Source: a virus
Taxonomy: Duplodnaviria; Caudoviricetes
DNA: 36,520 bases
Virus record (IMG/VR): IMGVR_UViG_3300025099_004014
Span: 1-36,520 of that record
Reading direction: 5' to 3' (one strand)
Below the pieces are notes generated by a model, which was not told the origin of the DNA, ran no database searches, and saw only the letters and a list, made by a program, of their open reading frames with translations. Position 1 is the first letter of the stretch; every line of letters begins with the position of its first letter. Made by a program: the position numbers and the translations under genes. This document shows, one piece after another, positions 28,020 through 35,853 of the stretch.

Positions 28020-30020
28020 TTATCTTCTTCTTTGTCGTTTTCCACGATTTACTTTTGGTTTATTATTTTTAGACCTTTTCTTTTTCGGATAAACAGGCTT
28101 CTGTCCCAATGGTAAAGAGTATCCCCCGACAGCACCACCACCCATTCCAGACATTTCTTCAATAGTGTCATCGATTAGGTTATTTAGATTATCCTTGTTT
28201 GTGGACAACATATTCCAAATAGTGTCCCCATCTATACCAGAGGGGATGTAAGATAAGAATTCTTTTTTGTTGCCCGACACAATAAGGTTTCGAATATCCT
28301 CAGCACTATAAGCTTTCCCAGAGGGGTCTACGATTGGATCTTCTTCAATATCTTCTACATTTACACCGGGGTTATTACGGTCAGCATATGATTGCGCACG
28401 GTTGAACCGAGTATCCCCAACATCCTTGCTACTTTTGATTAAAAGGACTGTATCTCCGTCTCTGGCGGACACTGGATCAGCGATAAACTCATACACCGCT
28501 TGAACTGGGCTACGATAATCTGCAATCTTTGCAGTGATATTCGGCTGAGCGTTCTTCAAGTATTCATTCCATATTTCGAGTGACTGTTCATTACTTACTT
28601 CTGGGTAATCCACAGGCGATATCAACACAATCACTTCGTCAACATCGGGTCTTTTAGCGATATCGTTGACATAATTGAAATGACCCTTGTGCGGCGGTTT
28701 GAATTTCCCTGGAAAGAGTGCAATTCTTTTAGGACTCTTTTGATCCTTAATCTTCTTGCCATCTTCTGCTAATATAGCTTTGTTACTAATGAAAGATTCC
28801 TTAACCGGTGCCCGAGCAGCGTCACCATATTTGAACATTCCTAAAATTTGATTCAATGGAGCAAAGTTCCCAGTGAATTTATACATATGCCCATTATAAT
28901 CAAAGACAACCCCTTCTACTGGAGTATTGATATTAGCCATATCTTTAATTTTATTTAGCTGCTTTTGCATTATTGCCATTGATTCAGGATTTTCTGGTCC
29001 GATAGCCGTAATTGCCTTTACAGCTTTCGCCAATTCGGACTGAAGTCTGATAGTTTCTTTCTTATTATCCACTATGAACCTGCTCTCTAATCCTTTGAGC
29101 ATTTCTACCGAAAAATCATGAATAACTGATTCAATAGGCTCTATCGCATCGTTCAGAATAATCCTTTTTGTATTGATAATATGTACTACAGATGCTAAAT
29201 CTTCCTTACTGAGGCCTTTCTTTATTAACCTAAGTCCAATATTTCCTGGCATTCCTAGTAGATAGCGTGCTATTTCTTCTTTCTTCGTGTCATCTAGCTC
29301 TCCGTCTAAGCCATTCTTCAAACGAGAGAATAAGTAATCACCCACAGTATTATTGTCGGAGAGACCCTCTCTGCCTACTGCTTGGTTTAGTCGGGAGATA
29401 GCAGTAGTTAGGGCTTCGTCATCACTAAGTTTACGGAGATTTACTACAGCTTTTCGGACAAAGTTGAAATCTTCTTTATTCAGATGGTTCTGAACTCTTT
29501 CTAAAGCATTATCTAGTACAGATAAACTTTGGGACATATCTCTTTTTGTCTTAGTATCTTCATCTCGGTCAAACTCAAAATGACCACGATCATGAATTTT
29601 CAATGTTTTATGATCGTAGTTGATAACATTGGGACTCCGAGGGTCCATTACTTCTGCATTATACCAAAAATTGGTGTCTGGACCGAATATGCTTATCTTT
29701 TCTTCCTTACTGAGAGCATCGACTGCTTTTTTGAAAGTTCTGAAGGAATCTACAAATGCAGTTGTAAGGTTGCCCCGATCAGCAAACTTCCGGGCTAACT
29801 CTACAGCATCCAGACCTTTGTCTCTAAGGTTCCCCTTATTTCTCGCAGCCTTTATTTTATCTTCCGGCACAGAATAAGACAAGAAAAGGTTTTGTCCATC
29901 TACCTTCTCTTCAAAATCTAACTCCCCTTGAGAAACTGCGGATAAAATATCCTTCATTTCTGTGAAGGTTAGATACGGATTATCATAAAGGTGGGACATA
30001 TGTCCAGCAACACCGCCCAT
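28020..30020 (-). CDS. Fusion: ligase/capping-enzyme-fold covalent nucleotidyltransferase-like domain plus HxGH (cytidylyl/adenylyltransferase-like) domain
   Basis: N-terminal EEKVDGQN (KxDG), AARN, YNAEV, LKIHD, EGVVF and YKFTG. C-terminal ALFPGKFKPPHKGH and YSAEDIR. Basic tail. Confidence 0.75.
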   Translation of the reverse strand: MGGVAGHMSHLYDNPYLTFTEMKDILSAVSQGELDFEEKVDGQNLFLSYSVPEDKIKAARNKGNLRDKGLDAVELARKFADRGNLTTAFVDSFRTFKKAVDALSKEEKISIFGPDTNFWYNAEVMDPRSPNVINYDHKTLKIHDRGHFEFDRDEDTKTKRDMSQSLSVLDNALERVQNHLNKEDFNFVRKAVVNLRKLSDDEALTTAISRLNQAVGREGLSDNNTVGDYLFSRLKNGLDGELDDTKKEEIARYLLGMPGNIGLRLIKKGLSKEDLASVVHIINTKRIILNDAIEPIESVIHDFSVEMLKGLESRFIVDNKKETIRLQSELAKAVKAITAIGPENPESMAIMQKQLNKIKDMANINTPVEGVVFDYNGHMYKFTGNFAPLNQILGMFKYGDAARAPVKESFISNKAILAEDGKKIKDQKSPKRIALFPGKFKPPHKGHFNYVNDIAKRPDVDEVIVLISPVDYPEVSNEQSLEIWNEYLKNAQPNITAKIADYRSPVQAVYEFIADPVSARDGDTVLLIKSSKDVGDTRFNRAQSYADRNNPGVNVEDIEEDPIVDPSGKAYSAEDIRNLIVSGNKKEFLSYIPSGIDGDTIWNMLSTNKDNLNNLIDDTIEEMSGMGGGAVGGYSLPLGQKPVYPKKKRSKNNKPKVNRGKRQRRR

Positions 30021-30021
30021 A

Positions 30022-30261
30022 TTATTTATCCTCGTTAAGTACTCTTAGTTCTTCTTCTAGAGAATTGACACGCTCGTTTAGAGATCTTATATTCCTCTTG
30101 ATAGCCCTAAGGTGTTCTTTAGCCACATTGATTCTATTTGTATCTCTTTTGTTGGTCACTCTTACACTAGTAATAATATCATAAAGCGCCTGGACCGACG
30201 CTGAAGGATCTACTTTGATATTCTCTCCGAGGAGGAGTGCTTTTGTTATTTTGTGAAACAT
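30022..30261 (-). CDS. Small coiled-coil hypothetical protein
   Basis: 79 aa, TAATG-coupled to the upstream gene, C-terminal heptad pattern. Confidence 0.72.
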   Translation of the reverse strand: MFHKITKALLLGENIKVDPSASVQALYDIITSVRVTNKRDTNRINVAKEHLRAIKRNIRSLNERVNSLEEELRVLNEDK

Positions 30262-30503
30262 TATTTCTTCTTGGACTTTGACTTCTTTTTGGGAGAAGGT
30301 TCCGCCTTGGGTGCTTCTTCAGAGGGGTGAGTTTCGCACTCTTCTATTCCACACTCTTCGTCTTCACATTCTTCTTCAGCTACAGGAGCTTCTTCAGTTA
30401 CGGGCTCTTGAGGCTCTACTGTTTCGATAACTTGTTCTGCTACCTTAGGTGTATCACCACGACGAGCAGCACGGCGTCTTCTTCTTAGTCTAGGACTTGC
30501 CAT
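30261..30503 (-). CDS. Small disordered protein: Arg-rich N-terminus, acidic core, Lys-rich C-terminus
   Basis: GGAGGA SD before ATG at 30503 (MASPRLRRRRRAARR...KKKSKSKKK). Confidence 0.72.
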   Translation of the reverse strand: MASPRLRRRRRAARRGDTPKVAEQVIETVEPQEPVTEEAPVAEEECEDEECGIEECETHPSEEAPKAEPSPKKKSKSKKK

Positions 30504-30573
30504 TTTATTTTCCTCCAATAATGAAAATGTAACGGTTTAGTAATATAAATAGTTTGTACTTTTGTTCTATGTC

Positions 30574-31290
30574 TTAAGCAGAGCCGGATTGTACAATAGT
30601 TACCAATCCATCAACTATGTCAAAGTAGAATTTAGCATAGTCACCCTGTTCATTGGTGCCATTAAGATAGAGATAGTTTCCAGAGCCCGAAACATAGATA
30701 TCAGCGTGTGTAACTAAGGAGTCGCCATCAAACTTGAACCAAGGGTCATCAACAGAGTCACCAAAATCGGAATGGGGGACTTCTTGAATCACCGTACCCC
30801 CGTTCTCAATAGAAAATTCATATTTAGCAGGCAAGCCTAACTCGTTGGTGCCGTGGAGATATAAATTATTACCAGATCCGGAGATGTAAATATCCGCATC
30901 CGTCAACAAGGTGTCCCCATCAAACACCAAGTCAGCATCCATACTAACATTCAGACTCCCTCCAGATCCGATACTTGCACTTAAGAAAGCAATACTAGAA
31001 CTAACGGAAGAACTCAGAGCGATCAGCTTGCTATCGAAACTAGAACTCAAGGAGGAACTTAGGGCACCTATCTCCGAGGAGATAAGCTGTTCGGCTGCGG
31101 TAGCTCTAGCAATTTCATCAGCCAGAGAGCCAGCAAGTGAAATTTGACTATCTTCTACCTCGTCAAGACGAGTTTCGAAAACCTGAGAAATAGCAGACCC
31201 AGATAAATCATTCGTATCAAACCACTTCTTAATGGCAGCGCCCATGCCGTGAGATGGGGATATATGACCTAGGTTTCTTCTCTTAGCCAT
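30574..31290 (-). CDS. Putative fibre/virion protein with coiled coil and a tandemly duplicated ~45-aa C-terminal repeat
   Basis: EIARATAAE coiled-coil unit, then two copies of FDGD.L.T.ADIY.SGSGN.LYL.GTNE.G..AK..F.I..G. Confidence 0.65.
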   Translation of the reverse strand: MAKRRNLGHISPSHGMGAAIKKWFDTNDLSGSAISQVFETRLDEVEDSQISLAGSLADEIARATAAEQLISSEIGALSSSLSSSFDSKLIALSSSVSSSIAFLSASIGSGGSLNVSMDADLVFDGDTLLTDADIYISGSGNNLYLHGTNELGLPAKYEFSIENGGTVIQEVPHSDFGDSVDDPWFKFDGDSLVTHADIYVSGSGNYLYLNGTNEQGDYAKFYFDIVDGLVTIVQSGSA

Positions 31291-31291
31291 A

Positions 31292-31747
31292 TTATGCGTC
31301 GCCCGCTGAATAGCCCAGCGACTCGTCGGTCAAGCTTATTCGGTAATGTCTATCCACATACCCAAAAAGGTTAATTTTACTATTCTGGTCAGCCTTGGCA
31401 TATATGGACACTTGTTTATGGGGCACACCTGGATACACTTGAACCAGTCCACCTTTGGCGGTTAACTCTATGACTATAGTTTTGGAGGGATCCGAAAAAG
31501 ATCCATCCCCACCGATTTCCAAAGTTAACTCATTATTTCCAACGGAATAATTAGACGCCCACAGGAACACTTCATCGTAAGCATAATCAGTAGCGGTATG
31601 AACTAAAACACCTGCTGTGGTGAGATCTAGCGGGGAGGTATCAGAATCGCCCGAGAGACCAAGTCGAGAAACATGCGCCGGGTTCGGCTTATATGCGGTG
31701 GCCGAGATGGACGGACGAGTGGGAGCATTACTTAAATTAGAAGCCAT
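31292..31747 (-). CDS. Putative small beta-rich virion structural protein
   Basis: 151 aa with VHTAT...DEVFLWASN. Coupled (1-nt gap) to the fibre-like gene. Confidence 0.55.
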   Translation of the reverse strand: MASNLSNAPTRPSISATAYKPNPAHVSRLGLSGDSDTSPLDLTTAGVLVHTATDYAYDEVFLWASNYSVGNNELTLEIGGDGSFSDPSKTIVIELTAKGGLVQVYPGVPHKQVSIYAKADQNSKINLFGYVDRHYRISLTDESLGYSAGDA

Positions 31748-31794
31748 AATAAAATCTTGTCCTTTTTCCTGCTTTACTTAGTAATCAACTAAGA

Positions 31795-32676
31795 TTATTT
31801 AAAATGGCTTTGTAGCTTGATATTTAGATCTTTCACCCATCTGCCAATGGTAGATTTACCTTTTACTGGTCGGTTAGTTTCTTCCCACAACTTCATCTCA
31901 CCTTGGGCTATAGCTTTTTTCAAGAATATTTTAATAGCAACAAGCGGAGAAGAAAGACCAATATTTTCCATCACAGGATAACCCGCAAAAATTACCCCCA
32001 CCAAGTGACCTGCCTTGTTGACAATAGGAGATCCACTCGATCCAGGTTTGGTAGGAATTGTATAAACCGAGTACCCTCGGGTATGATACCCCGAAAAAAT
32101 ACCCCGGAATATCAACACAGCATTGGGCCAAAATAAGCCATGGGGTGCTGCCAAATTATAAACTGTATCCCCAGGTTTTGGCGGTGTTAGGGCTGTTTTT
32201 AGTATAGGTTTGTGTATCAATACATTAGATACCTTGAGGACGCACAGGTCAAATCTAGAATTTATACTAACAACTTCAGCCTTATTGAATGTTCCGTCGA
32301 GATTTACAACTCGGAATTCTGACCCGAGGTTCTTTATGACAAAACCATCGACCATTTGTTTTTTTGGTACCTTGTTTTGACATGAATGACCAGCAGTAAG
32401 AACATAAGCAGTATCATACGACACCTCACTTATGAAAACATAGGCTCCCGAAGAAACTGACCTGCCCACTGCTTTTTGGCACTCTTCTTTTTTTGTTTCG
32501 GGGTTTGTTTTACAGCCTTCCATTGTTATGGCATGTTGAATCTGAACAAAAGACTTACGGGGTAATTCTTGTGCTGAGTCATTATGAGCGGACCTAAGTG
32601 AGACACAACCACTAGTGCAACTGGCAACGGAACCTAAAATAAGTAACAGTACGGAAATCGTGTGTTTTTTTGTCAT
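31795..32676 (-). CDS. Trypsin-like (S1) serine protease, predicted lipoprotein
   Basis: LTAGHSC (His), FDLCVL (Asp) and PGSSGSP (Ser) triad. From the ATG at 32676: MTKK, hydrophobic stretch, lipobox VASC. Confidence 0.88.
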   Translation of the reverse strand: MTKKHTISVLLLILGSVASCTSGCVSLRSAHNDSAQELPRKSFVQIQHAITMEGCKTNPETKKEECQKAVGRSVSSGAYVFISEVSYDTAYVLTAGHSCQNKVPKKQMVDGFVIKNLGSEFRVVNLDGTFNKAEVVSINSRFDLCVLKVSNVLIHKPILKTALTPPKPGDTVYNLAAPHGLFWPNAVLIFRGIFSGYHTRGYSVYTIPTKPGSSGSPIVNKAGHLVGVIFAGYPVMENIGLSSPLVAIKIFLKKAIAQGEMKLWEETNRPVKGKSTIGRWVKDLNIKLQSHFK

Positions 32677-32756
32677 AGTATAGTAACTATCATAAACGAA
32701 CACTATTTATCCACAGTGAGTGAATTTTAAATTTACCACGAAGGTAGGAAATAAAA

Positions 32757-33011
32757 ATGTTTAGTAGTGTAATTTTATCAGGAATCATAGCTCTAGCAGC
32801 CCCCAAGGCTGAATTACCTCAGGTCTGGGAAAAGATCAATGGTCAGTGGTCGTATGTAGGAAAAGTACAAGAAACGAATCAAATTCTTTTTTGGATAGAG
32901 AAAAAACCAAAAACCGCTAACAAAAATCTACTTATTAATGAAATAAAGAAGATGCCATTTATCATCTACATGCCAAAAGGAGAGCAGCCTCGGCCCCAAC
33001 CTCTCCAATAA
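32757..33011 (+). CDS. Small exported hypothetical protein
   Basis: AGGA SD; N-terminal hydrophobic signal-like segment ending ALAAPKA. First gene of the plus-strand cassette. Confidence 0.65.
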   Translation: MFSSVILSGIIALAAPKAELPQVWEKINGQWSYVGKVQETNQILFWIEKKPKTANKNLLINEIKKMPFIIYMPKGEQPRPQPLQ

Positions 33012-33022
33012 AGGAGGGTGTT

Positions 33023-33493
33023 TTGACAACTATAAAAAAAGTAAGAACATCACTTCTAGTAATATTAACTTTAGTATTGGTAGTTTCTGCATATCTCTAT
33101 ATCAGGGCGAATAACGAAAACAAGACACTTATCCCTAAAAATGCAATTTACTATACTCCGGGACAAAACGATAACTGCAAGTGGGTATTTCACATAAGCC
33201 AAGATTTAATGGATCTCCCAGGATCCGCTGCTGCGGTACAAATAGGGATTCCCGAGACCGAGACACATGGTTATATTGAAGGACTATTAGAAGTTACTAA
33301 TAATAACACCCTAATATTAGCATTTAATTTCCCTGGTCGAGCAAAATCATCTCCCCCCTTGTTGATGACATCATCCTATAGTATCAATAAATTGCCCCTG
33401 AACTCCTTGAAATTTAGAATATTTAACAGCACTGCTATGGTTATGAGCCTATATGATTCTTATGAATCCTGCGTGGAGTCTGTTATGAGATGA
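33023..33493 (+). CDS. Membrane-anchored hypothetical protein
   Basis: AGGAGG SD, TTG start, basic N-terminus plus one TM helix. ATGA overlap with the next gene. Confidence 0.72.
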   Translation: MTTIKKVRTSLLVILTLVLVVSAYLYIRANNENKTLIPKNAIYYTPGQNDNCKWVFHISQDLMDLPGSAAAVQIGIPETETHGYIEGLLEVTNNNTLILAFNFPGRAKSSPPLLMTSSYSINKLPLNSLKFRIFNSTAMVMSLYDSYESCVESVMR

Positions 33494-34746
33494 AAAAACA
33501 CGCCTCTGTGATAATAATACTCGCAATGTCTGGCTGTAGTTCATGCCTGGATCAAGAAGAGCTTATTCGTTTAGAGTGTACGCCGGGTCACAAGGTAGTT
33601 TGTGGTCACGATGGCATGGACTACCCCAATGCCGTCGCAGACCCCATTCCCAATCTTCCTGGACAGTGTTCATACGGTGTAAGAACATGTACTTTTCAGG
33701 GCTGGTCAGAGTGTGTAGGAGCCATGGGTCCATCTGAGGAAATATGCGACGGAATAGATAATGATTGTATTGCCGGTATAGACGACAGTTTCCCAGAACA
33801 ACACCAGTTGTGTGGATTTGTGGAAGGCGCTGACTACGGTGTTGGTATTTGTAGTCCAGGCATTATGAAATGCACTGGAGGCACTCTACGGTGCGATGGA
33901 CATGTGGGACCATCCGAAGAGATTTGTGATGGGTTAGATAATAATTGTGATGGATCGGTTGATGAAGGAATAGCTAACTCTACAGCAGTAGTGTGCTATG
34001 AAGGTCCGGGTGGTACAATGGCTGTTGGAGAATGTCGTGCTGGCGTTCGATATTGTCAAGATGGTGGCTTTGATGGACCTTGTGATGGTCAGGTATTACC
34101 CATAGCTGAAATATGCGACAATCTTGATAACGACTGTGACGGAGAGGTTGATGAAGGCTTTGATTCTCGGGGTGTGGATTTAGTTTTTGTTCTCGATATT
34201 TCTGGCTCGTTTGATGAAGAGATAGAATCAATGATAAGAGGTATCGAGCCCCTGCTTGATGACCCCATAACTAGTAACTTCCGTTTTGGGCTTGTGGTTG
34301 TAGGGACCGCATCTAACGGAGAGATACGCCCTCCTCACATGTATTCTTCAATGGTTTCTGATTTCGTGCTGGCTGATGAATTTTTGGAAATCCTTGAAGC
34401 CGCCAGAATGATACCGAGTGCAGGTCAGGAGCCAACGATAGATACAATGCTTTGGACCATGGATCAGACTTATCCGTTTACATGGAACCCACTTTCGCAA
34501 AAAGTAATAATAACAATGACTGATGAAATAGCACAAACCATCACAGGAACAAGTTGTCCTCAAGTAGCGATGATAGCTGCGGAAAGTGGGTATAAACTAT
34601 ATGTGTTTGCGCTCCAAGAACATCATAATTCTTTCTTGGCTTGTGTAGACAATGACCCAGACAAATTATATACTCCCGTGACAAACTCCCAAACAGTTTT
34701 TGAACAAATCAAAGCGATCTTTGAGGATTTGTGCCTAGGACCTTAG
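33490..34746 (+). CDS. Predicted lipoprotein with three Cys-rich EICDGxDNxCDG repeats (MopE-like/myxobacterial type) and C-terminal von Willebrand A domain
   Basis: Signal MKKHASVIIILAMSGC. Repeats EEICDGIDNDC, EEICDGLDNNCDGSVDE and AEICDNLDNDCDGEVDE. MIDAS DLVFVLDISGS and downstream MTDE. Confidence 0.85.
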   Translation: MKKHASVIIILAMSGCSSCLDQEELIRLECTPGHKVVCGHDGMDYPNAVADPIPNLPGQCSYGVRTCTFQGWSECVGAMGPSEEICDGIDNDCIAGIDDSFPEQHQLCGFVEGADYGVGICSPGIMKCTGGTLRCDGHVGPSEEICDGLDNNCDGSVDEGIANSTAVVCYEGPGGTMAVGECRAGVRYCQDGGFDGPCDGQVLPIAEICDNLDNDCDGEVDEGFDSRGVDLVFVLDISGSFDEEIESMIRGIEPLLDDPITSNFRFGLVVVGTASNGEIRPPHMYSSMVSDFVLADEFLEILEAARMIPSAGQEPTIDTMLWTMDQTYPFTWNPLSQKVIITMTDEIAQTITGTSCPQVAMIAAESGYKLYVFALQEHHNSFLACVDNDPDKLYTPVTNSQTVFEQIKAIFEDLCLGP

Positions 34747-35184
34747 TTACTCTTCTGTTTTTGTAGCCTTTTTCTTTGTTGCTCGTTTTTTTCGTGGTTT
34801 CTTTTTAGGCTCTTCTTTGCCTTGTCCTATTACTACTGTTTCCTCACCGTCAACTAAAGAAACTCCTATGCCACCCTCTGGTGTAACATATTGATGACCT
34901 AAGCCTTCAGGGGTCTCTGAGAAATCTTTATACATATGTTCTTCAACTAGATCTTTTATTTGTTCCAGTGAATTCTTGAACTGGTCAATGGTATTCAAAA
35001 GTTCTACTACTTTTTCATAGGAGTATTTTGGGTCTCCCATTTTCAAACTAGAGAGAAGAAGGGGTATAATTGTCGGATGAGCCCCCTCAAAAGATTGAAT
35101 AGCATCTAAAGTCATGAGGTGAATATACTTGGGGGCTTTGAAATTCTTTATATTCAGCCTGAGTTCGATATCTTTAACTTCCAT
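34747..35184 (-). CDS. Hypothetical protein with basic C-terminal tail
   Basis: 145 aa, AAGGA SD, upstream CTATTTA motif, ends KKKPRKKRATKKKATKTEE. Confidence 0.72.
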   Translation of the reverse strand: MEVKDIELRLNIKNFKAPKYIHLMTLDAIQSFEGAHPTIIPLLLSSLKMGDPKYSYEKVVELLNTIDQFKNSLEQIKDLVEEHMYKDFSETPEGLGHQYVTPEGGIGVSLVDGEETVVIGQGKEEPKKKPRKKRATKKKATKTEE

Positions 35185-35216
35185 TTTGTTTTCCTTTCAA
35201 GTATAGTAAATAGTTC

Positions 35217-35804
35217 TTAATCAGGGTAGTTGGTTTTCATAAAATCATCAACTTGTTTTTTGATATATTCCCTTTGTTCATCAGTTTCCGCATGAGCCCA
35301 AGCCCACGCAAAACTTCCTTTCATATTTTGGATAGAGGAAGTTTTCTCCACAATAGACTCTTCTAAGTCCGTTACCACCTGTTCAGCATCAAGATCTGAA
35401 ACATCTATATTTAGTGTTGCGGCGATCGTAAATAGATCGGCTATGTTATCTTCAGAGTAAGCTTTAGAAGCTTTTTTGAAGCAAGAAGTAAGAAAGTCGG
35501 ACTCTACCTTGTCGGGGTGTGTAATCTTCGTTATACGCCTGTAAAGTGTCTTCATAGTGTCGGACTTAGGATGTTTTTCTTTGGCTTCATGTTCACCATC
35601 CGGATCTTCTACTTCTTCTCCTGGAGAATTAGCGTTTGCTTCCGCTTCTTTCATCTGTTGTGCTTTCATTTTCTTATATTCTTCTGGGAAAGCCTTATAA
35701 AACTCATCTAGATATTTGGACAGCTTCTCTCCTGAGTCTTCAAAATCTTCCGTTACAAATTGAGATTGAAGGATCAGCTTCTTTATGTTCTTTTTTTTGG
35801 GCAT
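35217..35804 (-). CDS. J-domain (DnaJ-like, HPD motif) protein
   Basis: MKTLYRRITKITHPDK...FKKASKAY matches J-domain helix II-HPD-helix III. Confidence 0.75.
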   Translation of the reverse strand: MPKKKNIKKLILQSQFVTEDFEDSGEKLSKYLDEFYKAFPEEYKKMKAQQMKEAEANANSPGEEVEDPDGEHEAKEKHPKSDTMKTLYRRITKITHPDKVESDFLTSCFKKASKAYSEDNIADLFTIAATLNIDVSDLDAEQVVTDLEESIVEKTSSIQNMKGSFAWAWAHAETDEQREYIKKQVDDFMKTNYPD

Positions 35805-35821
35805 ACAATAAATATATCCTT

Positions 35822-35853
35822 AAAAAAGAAGAGGCAGCCGAAGCCACCTCTTC
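35822..35853 (-). terminator. Rho-independent terminator
   Basis: GAAGAGGTGGC-TTCG-GCTGCCTCTTC-TTTTTT downstream of the fibre-like gene. Confidence 0.88.

Noticed and set aside
27998-28045. Track's longer N-termini (also at 20063, 23785, 26607, 30518, 32703)
   Set aside because: Downstream ATGs have better SD sites, translational coupling or signal-peptide geometry.
30574-34150. Diversity-generating retroelement TR/VR suggested by internal repeats
   Set aside because: The repeats are in-frame protein repeats with differences not confined to adenines, and there is no reverse transcriptase in the window.
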